From an uncultured virus (IMG/VR IMGVR_UViG_3300020256_000017) (taxonomy: Duplodnaviria > Heunggongvirae > Uroviricota > Caudoviricetes): DNA of 64,000 bases. Below the pieces are notes generated by a model, which was not told the DNA's origin, ran no database searches, and saw only the letters and a list, made by a program, of their open reading frames with translations. Both the position numbers and the translations under genes were made by a program. The stretch's first letter is position 1. Each line of letters starts with the position of its first letter. The DNA lies in the IMG/VR virus record IMGVR_UViG_3300020256_000017; one strand, given 5' to 3'. This document shows, in pieces, positions 50,905-60,615 of the stretch.

Positions 50905-51120
50905 TTATCTTTCAATAAGCAGCACTATTCGACTGTCATTCTGCGAGAAGCATAAGTCTTCGTGCGAGTGAACTGTTCGCCGGATGTTGGCGATGCGTGC
51001 GCCATTCGATGGAGAGCCTTGTTGCGCGTCAGGGTAAAGCGCGTTCATTATTCCCCAGTCGGAATCGCTTCCATTAGGCTGCGTTCGCAAATAAGTCAAT
51101 ATTCGGTCGACAAGTTTCAT
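50905..51120 (-). CDS. Small possible winged-helix protein abutting the IS end
   Basis: ATGA overlap with iscB stop. Confidence 0.6.
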   Translation of the reverse strand: MKLVDRILTYLRTQPNGSDSDWGIMNALYPDAQQGSPSNGARIANIRRTVHSHEDLCFSQNDSRIVLLIER

Positions 51121-52502
51121 CGTGTCAAGACAAGGAAACCCGGTACTTTAGTGCCGGGAGGAATTGCCGCTCCATAGTTAAAGTTATAACCATCACTGCG
51201 TTGGATTATCCGACAATGTTTGTGGGATATTCCCTGCACAGCGCCCGATTCGCTTTGGATATTAAAGTAGCCGTTTTTGCGAACAGCAACTCTTCCAATA
51301 TGCAAACCTTGTTTCTTTCCAGTTGGGACATTGGCTGTAACCAAGTCTCCTGTTCTGAATCCATAAACGACAGAGGATGTTTTGGCTGACGTTCTGGGAA
51401 AACCATACTTGTCAACCCGACACATCTGTCGCGATCCATGTCCTTTTGCCGAAGCAACAAGGATGTGATGACATTCCAGTACTACCGCGCTTCCGTTTTG
51501 ACCGATGCAGGCGGCATCAATCCAGTGGTCTTTGGTGTGACCTTGCTCTGAACGGTTCTTTTTGGTCAGGCCGCCTGACCAAAATTGCGTGTTTGGAATA
51601 ATGTATTTGATGCTGTTGCCGACAGCATAACGTGTGGCGTTGACCGCAGCGGCGTCTCTGAGTGAAGGGCGGTATCCGTCCATGATGCGCTGCATGTTTC
51701 TGGCGCGTGTCAGGTTCAGTTTGTCACCACGCTGTTTGCATAGCGACATCCATGCGTTGGGGTGTAAGCTGCCTTTGTCCACGTTACATTCCCGGCAACT
51801 GATGACATGATTGGCCAAGCGGTTGGAGCCACCCAGCGCTTTAGGAGTGACATGCTCTTTTTCCAACACCAGGTCCTTTGTCAAGCCATGACAATAAGCG
51901 CAGATATGCTGGTGGCGATAAAGTAAGTATTCGCGCAGCTCCCAGCCAAACAGTGAGCCCTGTTGATACTCCTTTCCGGCAATGTCTGGGTTTTCGATAA
52001 GTTGGGTATCAAAACGTACTGTTTCGACATTGGCCGACGTGATAGGCACGAACCTGCTCAGGCGTTTTGTCCACGTTTCTACGTTGTAAACCCGTGACAT
52101 CAGCGAAGGCGGTAACCATCCCGCTGGACGGGTTCGATTCAGAAAACGCGGTTTACGATAGCGTGTTTTGCGATGACGACGCGAACGCCTGATAGTCCGA
52201 CGGCTTTCCAAAGCGTCACGTATTTGTTGTCCACGATGGACAATGTGCTGACCGTAGACGGCAACCTGATCTCGTTGAAATAGCGCTACCAGTGCAATCC
52301 CGGTGGTCTTGCTGCCCGGATCGACATTTAACGCCACAGGCTGCGTTTCGCCGCCTTGTCGTTCTTTCAGTACAATAGTGAAAGGGTACCGACGAAACAC
52401 CGCTGCTTTTCCATCACGCAGGAGCTGACGCGCCCTTGCAGGACGGCAAGGCATTAAAGGTTGTTTCTGATTGTCGAGTACCAAGACTCTCACGTTACCC
52501 AA
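51117..52502 (-). CDS. iscB: RNA-guided endonuclease IscB (PLMP, split RuvC, bridge helix, HNH)
   Basis: PLMPC motif; VDPGSKTTG; RRTIRRSRRHRK; VETVRFD; CAYC..EHVTP..GGSN..CRECN; DHWIDAAC. Confidence 0.95.
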   Translation of the reverse strand: MGNVRVLVLDNQKQPLMPCRPARARQLLRDGKAAVFRRYPFTIVLKERQGGETQPVALNVDPGSKTTGIALVALFQRDQVAVYGQHIVHRGQQIRDALESRRTIRRSRRHRKTRYRKPRFLNRTRPAGWLPPSLMSRVYNVETWTKRLSRFVPITSANVETVRFDTQLIENPDIAGKEYQQGSLFGWELREYLLYRHQHICAYCHGLTKDLVLEKEHVTPKALGGSNRLANHVISCRECNVDKGSLHPNAWMSLCKQRGDKLNLTRARNMQRIMDGYRPSLRDAAAVNATRYAVGNSIKYIIPNTQFWSGGLTKKNRSEQGHTKDHWIDAACIGQNGSAVVLECHHILVASAKGHGSRQMCRVDKYGFPRTSAKTSSVVYGFRTGDLVTANVPTGKKQGLHIGRVAVRKNGYFNIQSESGAVQGISHKHCRIIQRSDGYNFNYGAAIPPGTKVPGFLVLTR

Positions 52503-52764
52503 TCTCCAAAATTAATGTCTGTTACCAGAACGTTCTCCGCATAAAGCGGGTAATGTTTGCCTCGACCTTGTTATTCGGAGGTTTGATGAAAACGACACTG
52601 GCTTAACCCATTACACCTGTTTAATCGTTTCCCGCAGGGCGTGGAACTGGCAAGTCATCCCACGGTGCCTATACATTCTCTGATAACGGCTCCATTGTTT
52701 ACCCAATGGGGTCTGGTCAACATAGTGCTTTACAAGCCTGCCCCTTTAGGGGTGGGTAGTTGAC
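51121..52764 (-). mobile_element. Non-autonomous IS200/IS605-family element carrying iscB and omega RNA
   Basis: Terminal hairpins with CTAAAG cores (CCCACCCCTAAAGGGGCAGG; CCCGGCACTAAAGTACCGGG) flank iscB; no tnpA. Confidence 0.85.
52505..52764 (-). ncRNA. omega RNA / HEARO-type scaffold
   Basis: GTCAACTACCC..CTAAAG..GCTTG..GTTGACCAG..CGTT..ATAGGCAC..GGATG..CCAGT..TTAAACAG..GTCGAGG..TTACC directly upstream of iscB. Confidence 0.85.
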
Positions 52765-52833
52765 GGTGCCACCTTAATGGTTTATTTTGAAAAAAGGCAG
52801 AGGGCCCACTGTAGGGCGCCTCTTGCTGTTTGA

Positions 52834-53241
52834 TTACGCCGCTTTGCAAGTGTGGAAAAGCGAAGGAGGGCAAATCCGGGTTTCGCCTGTTTTGGCATCC
52901 CTAATGACCAATGAATTTTTAGGACGGTTAGGTTTAATACCTGCGGCAGTGTACTTTTTGTTGTTAATGATAAGCACTGTGCCGTAGCCATCAACAGGGA
53001 GTTCGAAGCGTGGTGCGTAAAGTGCCCAATCCGCCTTAGCTTGCGCTTCTATGTCTTCTTTGTTGATGTCGGGTTTAATGTTGATTTTTGACGTCATCCC
53101 AGAGCCATCTGCCTGAAGCGTCATGTTTCCTTCAAACGTAACTGTCAGCCCATGCTCGTCTTTAAGTTCGCTAAGCTTGTCTCTGATAATATCAGCAACA
53201 TCACGTGCGTTGCTTTTGTCAATGCGGGTGATTTTAGACAT
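52834..53241 (-). CDS. Hypothetical protein
   Basis: Cassette plus AGGAG; start corrected. Confidence 0.7.
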   Translation of the reverse strand: MSKITRIDKSNARDVADIIRDKLSELKDEHGLTVTFEGNMTLQADGSGMTSKINIKPDINKEDIEAQAKADWALYAPRFELPVDGYGTVLIINNKKYTAAGIKPNRPKNSLVIRDAKTGETRICPPSLFHTCKAA

Positions 53242-53336
53242 GTCATTCTCCTGTTGTGTTGACAGGATTAGTATCTCAAAAACTGCGAAGGTTGTCAATG
53301 CCTCGTGTCTCTATTTTGAACACGAGGCATGACATG

Positions 53337-54206
53337 TTAATCATCCATATTTGAGAAAGTTGAATGCCAGATGATGTCTTCTCGACTTTGTTCAAGTAGT
53401 AGTGAAGACAACATGTTTTGAGGCACCAATCCCGCATCAAGGATCGTTGACATAAAGAAAATTAATGGTAGAACTTTGAGCAAAGAGGTTACAAAATGGC
53501 CAAATTTTCGTTCGGATTCCGGATGGAACAAAGCGATCAGCAGTATCGGTGTGAAAAAGGTCACTGCCATAATAGTTAAGCTAGATGGACCGGTTTCATC
53601 AATGATTGAAACTAGGGAGTAGACCGGTGCAAGTAAAAATGCAACGCTAAGCGTGAAAGAGATATTAAAAAAACGCGCAGCGGTGCGGGGTGACGCTAAC
53701 CAAAATACCTGCGTAGAAACCCCCAATATAAGTGGGAAAACCGCATAGAACCATGAGGGAGAGCCGTAGTTTAAAATAATGGCCAATGCAGCAATAAGCG
53801 TAACACCTAGTTTCTTAAATACGGGTAAATTGACTTTTGTAGACGTCGCATGGCTGACAATGTCAGGCAGTGTTATCTCAATAGGAGGAACAATATTGAA
53901 AACGTGCGAGCCATAAGAGATGGAGGTGACATCATCAATGTTATATCGACTCACTTTGTTTTGCAAAAGTGTTTGTGAACTGTTGTCATGGAGCGTTACC
54001 GTGACACCTGGACTCAACGTATCCACACAAAGCTTACCCTTTAGTGATTTGACGCGAAAGGCTCTGTAGGGGAGTGTTGATGATTTTATGTTGAGCGAGG
54101 TGCTATAGTCAGAGCCTACCGATGCATAATGTTCATCAAGTGCAATGAAATGGTTGTCTTGAGGCTCACCTGACGTCGCGTATTGTAATCCATAAGTGCG
54201 CATCAT
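53337..54206 (-). CDS. Membrane protein, possible degenerate FHA N-terminus, coupled to protease
   Basis: Several C-terminal TM helices; 1-bp overlap with protease gene. Confidence 0.6.
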   Translation of the reverse strand: MMRTYGLQYATSGEPQDNHFIALDEHYASVGSDYSTSLNIKSSTLPYRAFRVKSLKGKLCVDTLSPGVTVTLHDNSSQTLLQNKVSRYNIDDVTSISYGSHVFNIVPPIEITLPDIVSHATSTKVNLPVFKKLGVTLIAALAIILNYGSPSWFYAVFPLILGVSTQVFWLASPRTAARFFNISFTLSVAFLLAPVYSLVSIIDETGPSSLTIMAVTFFTPILLIALFHPESERKFGHFVTSLLKVLPLIFFMSTILDAGLVPQNMLSSLLLEQSREDIIWHSTFSNMDD

Positions 54207-55462
54207 TAAAGCTCCTCTATAATATCGGCAAGCAATGTAGAGCTTGCCATGGGTGATAGCCCTTGAAATGTAATGTCATTGGCGATCACATTATTGCTAT
54301 CAATGGCGTAAGAGATGGTGACGCGATGTGTCCAATAAGACGGTGATGTGTTGCTGCGTATTGCGCAGTTTCTGATCTTTGCCCGACGATCATTGGTTAA
54401 TGTGGTAACGATAAATTCACAGGATGAACTGCTATAGAGAGAATCGTCATCGTCCTGAACGAGAGGGGATAATTGGGTCAATAGAAATAGAGGATCTAAC
54501 CCCATGATGCGCTGTATAAGGTTTGGGTCGCTGTCTTTTAGGTGGTAAGAAAATACCGAAAAGCCCTCTAGTGTGTGTTTTCCGCCAAGCCCTAAGTCCT
54601 CTAAGGTGTAACAATGTTTTATATTGATAGAGACAGAACCATCCTCGACTTTATCGTTGTTGCATTTCACGAACGGCGAGTTTACCTCTAACGCATTTGA
54701 TTGTGCGCTGAATTTCCCTTTCAGCATATCGGTGATAAGTGTTGACCACGCATGAAGCTGTTCTAATGCAACAGAAAGACTGTCTGTGTTGGGTGGGTTG
54801 CTGTTAACGTGTTCCACTAGCGTTCTAAGGTGTTTTGCGTTGACTGCGTAACCCATGCCATTACCGGAAGAGGATACATTGACACCTACCAGTATCTCGT
54901 TGCTGTCGATAACAGGACCTCCGCTCATGCCACTGTTAAGTGAACCAGTGAAATTAAGGAGTTCTCTTTTAGATGCCTCTCGCACACCGTTGTATACGCC
55001 GGGCACAATCATAAAACCCGAGCTGTTGGGGTTGCCCATGCTGTATATGGTAGCGCCCTGTTGAACGTGACTTTCACCTAGTGTAAAAGGCGTAATATCG
55101 TCTGTGTTAGCCTCTACGGTAAAGATAGCGAGGTCATTGAACATGTCAACGGTATGAAGTGAAACCGGATAGATGGATTTGTCGGTGCCTCGTGTAACGA
55201 TAATATCATAGTCTTCCTGTGCAAGGAAATAATCATCAATGACATGGTAGTTGGTAACAAGCAGATTGTTTTTTATGAGAAAGCCTGTGCCGTATGAGGT
55301 GATGCCGCTTGCGCCTTTTAGTGATGTCGATATTTGGAACATTGCGCTGTTGTATTTGGCGACAAGTCTTTCTTCTGTAGTCGGTGAAGCGAGTGCGATA
55401 TTGGTGACTGTAACAAAAGAGAAAGCAAGAGTGGGAACAATTAAGCGTAATGCGCTTAGCAT
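54206..55462 (-). CDS. Exported trypsin-like serine protease
   Basis: GTGF, TNYHV, DLAI, GMSGGP triad motifs; signal peptide. Confidence 0.9.
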   Translation of the reverse strand: MLSALRLIVPTLAFSFVTVTNIALASPTTEERLVAKYNSAMFQISTSLKGASGITSYGTGFLIKNNLLVTNYHVIDDYFLAQEDYDIIVTRGTDKSIYPVSLHTVDMFNDLAIFTVEANTDDITPFTLGESHVQQGATIYSMGNPNSSGFMIVPGVYNGVREASKRELLNFTGSLNSGMSGGPVIDSNEILVGVNVSSSGNGMGYAVNAKHLRTLVEHVNSNPPNTDSLSVALEQLHAWSTLITDMLKGKFSAQSNALEVNSPFVKCNNDKVEDGSVSINIKHCYTLEDLGLGGKHTLEGFSVFSYHLKDSDPNLIQRIMGLDPLFLLTQLSPLVQDDDDSLYSSSSCEFIVTTLTNDRRAKIRNCAIRSNTSPSYWTHRVTISYAIDSNNVIANDITFQGLSPMASSTLLADIIEEL

Positions 55463-55581
55463 GGCGGTGCCTCTTTTTGTTTTTTGTATTGTTGTTTGGC
55501 GTAGCGGGGAGGGTGAGGGGCAGGTAGTGGGTGGGAACCCACCCCTCAAAAAAACCTTATAAATCAATAACTTAATCTTCG

Positions 55582-56190
55582 CTAAAAAGGAATATCGTCA
55601 TCAAAGTCAAAATCTGGTTCTGCCATAGGTGGGTTCTTACCAGCGTTCTGACCGCCTTGATTTTGATTACCGCCACCTTGGTTGCCACCGCCATTATTGC
55701 CGCCTTGGTTCTGGTTGTAACCACCTTGATTACCGCCGCCTTGGTTTTGGTTGTTGCCTTGGTTGTAACCGCCACCTTGATTTTGGTTATTGCCTTGGTT
55801 GTAACCGCCACCTTGATTTTGGTTGTTGCCTTGGTTTCCACCGCCATTGTTATTGCGACCGCCTAGCATTTGCATCTGATCGACAATGATTTCAGTAGTG
55901 TACCTGTCTTGGCCCTGCTGGTCTTGCCATTTGCGCGTTTGAAGTTTACCTTCAACGTAAATTTGTGAACCTTTTTTAAGGTACTCTCCAGCAATCTCAG
56001 CCAGTCGGCGATACATGGTAAGTCGGTGCCATTCAGTGCGTTCCTGAACTTGACCCTGCTGATCTTTCCAGCTTTCGCTTGTTGCTAGACTTAAGTTGGC
56101 AACGGCATTGCCGTTAGGCATGTAGCGCACCTCAGGATCGTTCCCAAGATTACCTACAAGGATGACTTTGTTTACGCCCTTAGTGGCCAT
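55582..56190 (-). CDS. ssb: Single-stranded DNA-binding protein
   Basis: [34 protein letters not shown] linker; DFDDDIPF tail; start corrected to lie after cassette. Confidence 0.98.
   Translation of the reverse strand: MATKGVNKVILVGNLGNDPEVRYMPNGNAVANLSLATSESWKDQQGQVQERTEWHRLTMYRRLAEIAGEYLKKGSQIYVEGKLQTRKWQDQQGQDRYTTEIIVDQMQMLGGRNNNGGGNQGNNQNQGGGYNQGNNQNQGGGYNQGNNQNQGGGNQGGYNQNQGGNNGGGNQGGGNQNQGGQNAGKNPPMAEPDFDFDDDIPF
55650..55850 (-). repeat. 36-bp tandem coding repeat in SSB linker
   Basis: ([12 protein letters not shown])x~3 plus degenerate units. Confidence 0.85.
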
Positions 56191-56292
56191 AAATGTTTCC
56201 TTTGTTATCTGTTGTGTTGGCAGAATTAGTATCTCAAAAACAGTGTATGTTGTCAAGAAAACTTTGTTTTATTAGTGTGAAAGTTGGCCGTG

Positions 56293-56784
56293 CTATATGG
56301 TGCAAGCGCCCCCGCAGCCATCCGCCATTGCATCAAGTTCTGCCCGAATTTGAGATTCTGTGAAGGTGCGAGCGTTCGACGTTTTATTAGGTGTGTCGGG
56401 ATGTTCTTGAGTTTGCACACCCATCGTTTCTTTTTCCATGTATCTCCATGTCGTAGCAACGATGCCGTCAATACGTTCTGGCACATCATCGCTGTGGAGC
56501 ACGCCAACGACGTAGCTAAAAATAGCGGCCGCTGAGGTTGCAATGGCTGCATCAAGAAACGTTACGCCTTCTTTTTGAGGAATGGCCTTATCTGCCGACA
56601 GTAAAAGGGCCGCTTTGCCAAGGTGTGCGTGTGAGTGTTGCTGCACACCGCGCAAGATATTTCTAATGAATATATCTTGTGTCAGTGATGGCGCGCGTCC
56701 CGTTTTAATCGTTTGGTATTGCTCATGGGTGCGGCTGATGTCGCCAGGAAAGAGTGAAAGTAGTGTTGCTGTTTTGTCCGTCAT
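56293..56784 (-). CDS. Hypothetical protein with C-terminal CGGACTI
   Basis: ORF with RBS; tail like that of 7883-8368. Confidence 0.75.
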   Translation of the reverse strand: MTDKTATLLSLFPGDISRTHEQYQTIKTGRAPSLTQDIFIRNILRGVQQHSHAHLGKAALLLSADKAIPQKEGVTFLDAAIATSAAAIFSYVVGVLHSDDVPERIDGIVATTWRYMEKETMGVQTQEHPDTPNKTSNARTFTESQIRAELDAMADGCGGACTI

Positions 56785-56910
56785 AATGCCCTCGCATCGT
56801 TATTGTCTGTGCGGCAGGTTTTTATGGACGTTGCTTCCTGCCAGCCCTTATCATTACTGATAAAAAAGATGGTATCACAGAAGCGCACATTATGACGCAC
56901 GTTATCGTAA

Positions 56911-57609
56911 TTAATTTTGCATTATTCCATCAAATATTTCTTGTTCCATTGTGGCAGACAGTTTGTGAATTGAAAGCACATATGGCGTGCCAATGAGTTC
57001 GTCATCTACCGCACTTTGGTGTTGTTGCACCGATGATTGAATGTGATTAAAAAGCGCCAAGGCGGCTTGCCCTGAGTTGCCCGCCCACGCATACCCACGC
57101 AGGAGGCGTTGATAGCCCTGCACCACCAGACACTTGGCTGCACGGCAAAAGTCCTCAAACGCCTTTTGCTCTTCTGGCGTTCTCACAATGCCGTAATCAT
57201 CCTGTAAGGCCGTCAGTGCTTTTGACAATGGCGCACTCACTGGATTAGCACTGGCACTGTCAGCGTCCTCGGTGTAAGGTAGTGCGTAAGGTGATTCGCA
57301 GTACGTCACAAACTGATCGTAAAACATTCCCGCCCATTTTTGCGTACTCATCACGCCCGTTTCGACACGCACAGCAAACATCGCACCCAAGGCCACAAGT
57401 TCATCATGAATAGTCCCCACTGCGTCAAGTCCGTTGATGTGTTCTACGATGTCGTGCGCAAGCATTTCACCGCTCCCAAAATCCACCAGTGGATTGTCCA
57501 TAGTGGCAAACTGACGTAAGATAAACCCCGTTTGCCCATATTCTTCATTCTCATGAATAAGGATGGGTAGCGTTGTTGGGATGGGCGCGATGCTAGGCAG
57601 TGTATTCAT
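56911..57609 (-). CDS. Hypothetical protein (AHDIVEH..HDE possible metal motif)
   Basis: 232-aa ORF. Confidence 0.65.
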   Translation of the reverse strand: MNTLPSIAPIPTTLPILIHENEEYGQTGFILRQFATMDNPLVDFGSGEMLAHDIVEHINGLDAVGTIHDELVALGAMFAVRVETGVMSTQKWAGMFYDQFVTYCESPYALPYTEDADSASANPVSAPLSKALTALQDDYGIVRTPEEQKAFEDFCRAAKCLVVQGYQRLLRGYAWAGNSGQAALALFNHIQSSVQQHQSAVDDELIGTPYVLSIHKLSATMEQEIFDGIMQN

Positions 57610-57653
57610 TTTGGCTTTCTCTCTATGTGGTGAACAATGCCTCGATACTCACA

Positions 57654-57962
57654 TTATGCGAGTTCGACGTCCGGTATGGGCAGTAAATGGCGGTCTCCAA
57701 TTGCTTGAAGTCGTTCATCATCAAAGTACGGCAAAGCCTTAGACTCCCTGTCCGACACTTCGTAACCATCCTCATAAAGGGAAATGAGGCGCTCTTTAAA
57801 GCAGTCTACCGCTGTCTCTATGCTAGGAGCGTTAAGCAGGTTTTCAAGCTGAATCGCTTCCATGCCAGAGCCAGTGAAGTCGATGACGTCACCATACGTA
57901 CGTTTAACGTACTCGTAATCCGCTTTGATGGCAGCAAGCTGTTCTTTGGTTGTTTTGGGCAT
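57654..57962 (-). CDS. Hypothetical protein
   Basis: Cassette-driven; start corrected. Confidence 0.65.
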   Translation of the reverse strand: MPKTTKEQLAAIKADYEYVKRTYGDVIDFTGSGMEAIQLENLLNAPSIETAVDCFKERLISLYEDGYEVSDRESKALPYFDDERLQAIGDRHLLPIPDVELA

Positions 57963-58022
57963 TGATTTTCCCTGATGTGTTGACAATATTAGTGTCTCAC
58001 ATGCTGTGTGCAAAGTCAATAT

Positions 58023-58325
58023 CTAAAAATCTGAGTCCTGTGGCGCGTGGAATGTTGAGCCGCGGTTAAACATGCGGCTTGTGATTTCGTACATGTTAAG
58101 GGCGTCGATGATGGTTAATGCATCTTCTTCGCTGATGGTGACCTTGACGTGATTGAAATTTCGCGCATTGGCTTTGGTTCTCACCAGTCGATATTCATCG
58201 CCTTTCTCGCCTTGCCACTTTGAGATGAAACAGTGTTTATCGAAGTACTTTTTAGCTTTTTCTATATCAATTTCACACGCGCCTGTGCTGGGCGCAGTAA
58301 TGATGCAGTCCTTTAGTGTAGGCAT
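58023..58325 (-). CDS. Hypothetical protein
   Basis: AAGGA RBS. Confidence 0.65.
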   Translation of the reverse strand: MPTLKDCIITAPSTGACEIDIEKAKKYFDKHCFISKWQGEKGDEYRLVRTKANARNFNHVKVTISEEDALTIIDALNMYEITSRMFNRGSTFHAPQDSDF

Positions 58326-58344
58326 GGTTTAATCCTTATTAAAG

Positions 58345-58980
58345 TTAATGTTGCAGCGCGTAAGCTTCAGGGCAGAAGTGCTGTGGTAGTGAACCGTCGT
58401 CAGCGCACTTAGGTGAGCGTCGAGTGCCTTTCACGCATTGATTGTAGCGTTGGATCGCGTCACGACACAGAGACGCATCAAAGAGAGAGTAAGCGTACTC
58501 CTTCCCCTTCTCATGAAAAACAAGATGGAGGCTGTGGTAGTGTCGGTAGCCTCGACGGCCATGTTCTAATGCAACAGGTACGCTGCAACAGTAATAATCA
58601 ATGGTTGTTTTGGCGTCAATAAGGTCAATGGAGAATTGATGGTCATCAATATAAGCGCCTTCAGGTGATGGCGTTTCTGCGCCAACCTGTTCAAAAAAAC
58701 CAAACGCGAAAGGGTACTGACGGGCAAGTTTCTTGTCATATGACAGATAGCTTTTAGCCACAGCATCAAGTCGCTCTTCGCTGTGTTTGCAGTGTTTACG
58801 ACCACTTGAAAACTCAACGCTTGTCAGCTGATTGCCATCTAATAACGCAAACGCGTGAAAACGATGATAGCGCGCGCCTGTGTTGAAATATAAATCAACA
58901 CCCCCAGCTGCGGATGGCAAGTGGGATGGGCAGCCCGTTGGTGCGTCTGATAAAATAGAGGCGCATGCTGGTTGATTCAT
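58345..58980 (-). CDS. Hypothetical protein
   Basis: Cassette-driven. Confidence 0.65.
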   Translation of the reverse strand: MNQPACASILSDAPTGCPSHLPSAAGGVDLYFNTGARYHRFHAFALLDGNQLTSVEFSSGRKHCKHSEERLDAVAKSYLSYDKKLARQYPFAFGFFEQVGAETPSPEGAYIDDHQFSIDLIDAKTTIDYYCCSVPVALEHGRRGYRHYHSLHLVFHEKGKEYAYSLFDASLCRDAIQRYNQCVKGTRRSPKCADDGSLPQHFCPEAYALQH

Positions 58981-59020
58981 AATAAGGTTCTCTTACCGTT
59001 GTGTTGACAATTTCAGTGTC

Positions 59021-59611
59021 TCACAAGGTGTGAGCATTGTCAATGTTTTCACTGTTGTTTACCGCCAATCTCAACAAGGGCGCGCATGCGCGTTGTCGTG
59101 GCAGATCAACGTTAATCCCCCACGTTAAAATAGTCGGGCGAGACTCGTAGGCAGCGCGGTCAAAATAAAGCTTTCCAGACGGGTTGGGCTTTTTCTTTCG
59201 GTAGATGGCTTCGATTTCTCCACATAGTACATCGCCATGGTTAAGCGCTTGGATGATGGTTGTCACATAACGGTGTGAAAACTCATGGTTAATGCCGCAG
59301 GACTTTAACCACATTCCCATTTTATTGACCGCATCAAGCGTTAAGCTCGCGCCGACATAGCAACGTTTTGGCGTATGTATCACCCCCTGGCGTAATGCCA
59401 AGGGGAGAAGCTCGACTTTACGTGAGCGCGTGTCGTAAACTCGGACTGTCAATGTGCCCACAATCTCATGCTTGTGTCGGGGGCTAGGGATAGCCGGAAG
59501 CTGAGAATGAGGGTTGATCAGCGGGTATTGGGTTTGCGGTGCCACCCACGTCAAGGTGGCATCGTTATACACTAATCTTTGGTTGCTCTCATGAAGCAGT
59601 ATGCTGCTCAT
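59021..59611 (-). CDS. Hypothetical protein
   Basis: GAGGTG RBS; follows the L7 gene. Confidence 0.6.
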   Translation of the reverse strand: MSSILLHESNQRLVYNDATLTWVAPQTQYPLINPHSQLPAIPSPRHKHEIVGTLTVRVYDTRSRKVELLPLALRQGVIHTPKRCYVGASLTLDAVNKMGMWLKSCGINHEFSHRYVTTIIQALNHGDVLCGEIEAIYRKKKPNPSGKLYFDRAAYESRPTILTWGINVDLPRQRACAPLLRLAVNNSENIDNAHTL

Positions 59612-59612
59612 A

Positions 59613-60263
59613 TCAACGCACCTCGCTGTGCGATGTTGTGACCACATCTTTCGCGGACTTAAGAGACAGCGCTGGGCGGTTGTCGATAAACACTTCTTTT
59701 AGCAATGGGTCGGCGCAAATGGCATGATACACATCCAGCATCTTTTCGATGCCAACAAAAATCTCTGACTCGTCGAGCCACTGTGCATCGCGGCTACCTT
59801 CAAGCAATAACATCGGAGCATAAGGCAGGTGTGAGAGCGGGATTTCAATGGCACCGACCATCCCACTACCATAATTTTTACCGATAATGAAATAGGCGTA
59901 TTTGCCCGGAATATGGAAGCTGATGCGGTAGTCGACTGTAATGTCATCCTTCTCTGCATTGGCATCCCACGCGCGCGCTTCAAAGTTTAAATCAAGGTAC
60001 TCGTCATCCCCAGTGCCCCAGTCTTGCAAAAACGTAAGTGGCGCCATAGCGTTACGCAAGCGTGTCTCCAGTGAGGCATTATTAATTGAGAAGTCCGCGG
60101 TAGGGAGGTGCTCATTATCTTGCCCTAAGATGGTGGCCAGCGCTTTTCTCACCAATGCATCACGCGTAACAGGACGTCCTTTTTGGAATCCTTCCAGTGC
60201 GCGTCGGGTGTTGTTCATTAACGTGGCGCGATCAGCGCCCAAGATAGTAACAGGTGTAGACAT
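59613..60263 (-). CDS. L7-associated protein
   Basis: RBS GGAGAA; VRKALATILGQDNEHL. Confidence 0.75.
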   Translation of the reverse strand: MSTPVTILGADRATLMNNTRRALEGFQKGRPVTRDALVRKALATILGQDNEHLPTADFSINNASLETRLRNAMAPLTFLQDWGTGDDEYLDLNFEARAWDANAEKDDITVDYRISFHIPGKYAYFIIGKNYGSGMVGAIEIPLSHLPYAPMLLLEGSRDAQWLDESEIFVGIEKMLDVYHAICADPLLKEVFIDNRPALSLKSAKDVVTTSHSEVR

Positions 60264-60490
60264 ATCATTCTCCAAGTGAGTCGTAATCATCATTGTGCAT
60301 CTCGTTCCAATTGCGACTCGTCAAGTAACGTTATGTCGAAAAAGGGGTGTGTTGTCTTTATTAAGTGAAGACGTTGCCAGTATTAGCCATGAGTGCGACG
60401 GTACTGTGTACTGTTGCACCTGAGACGCGACGAAGGTCTGGAGCCTCCCTCTGCTGTTACCACGCACCGCAGTGTAGGGTCGAGCAGGTA
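60264..60490 (-). ncRNA. Pseudoknot leader RNA L7
   Basis: Promoter TTGACA-17-GATAAT at 60524; GCGTCTC (60428-60422) pairs with GAGATGC (60303-60297, one GU), after GGAAC, in hairpin GAGTCG/CGACTC. Confidence 0.65.
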
Positions 60491-60568
60491 TAATGATTAT
60501 CTCACCGCCTGTGAGTGATGTCAATGCCTATCAGAACAATTACGCTATTATTGAAAATAAACAAGAAT

Positions 60569-60592
60569 AAAAAAGCCCGTCGTGCGGGCTTT
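60569..60592 (-). terminator. Intrinsic terminator
   Basis: AAAGCCCG..CGGGCTTT with T-tract on - strand. Confidence 0.7.
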
Positions 60593-60615
60593 GAGTAATT
60601 AGTGAGAGCATGATG

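Noticed and set aside
51117..52502. Cas9 or stand-alone HNH homing endonuclease
   Set aside because: Size, PLMP motif, upstream omega RNA and IS ends indicate IscB; no CRISPR array is present.
55572..55889. Repetitive alternative-frame ORFs over ssb
   Set aside because: Shadows of the G/N/Q linker repeat.
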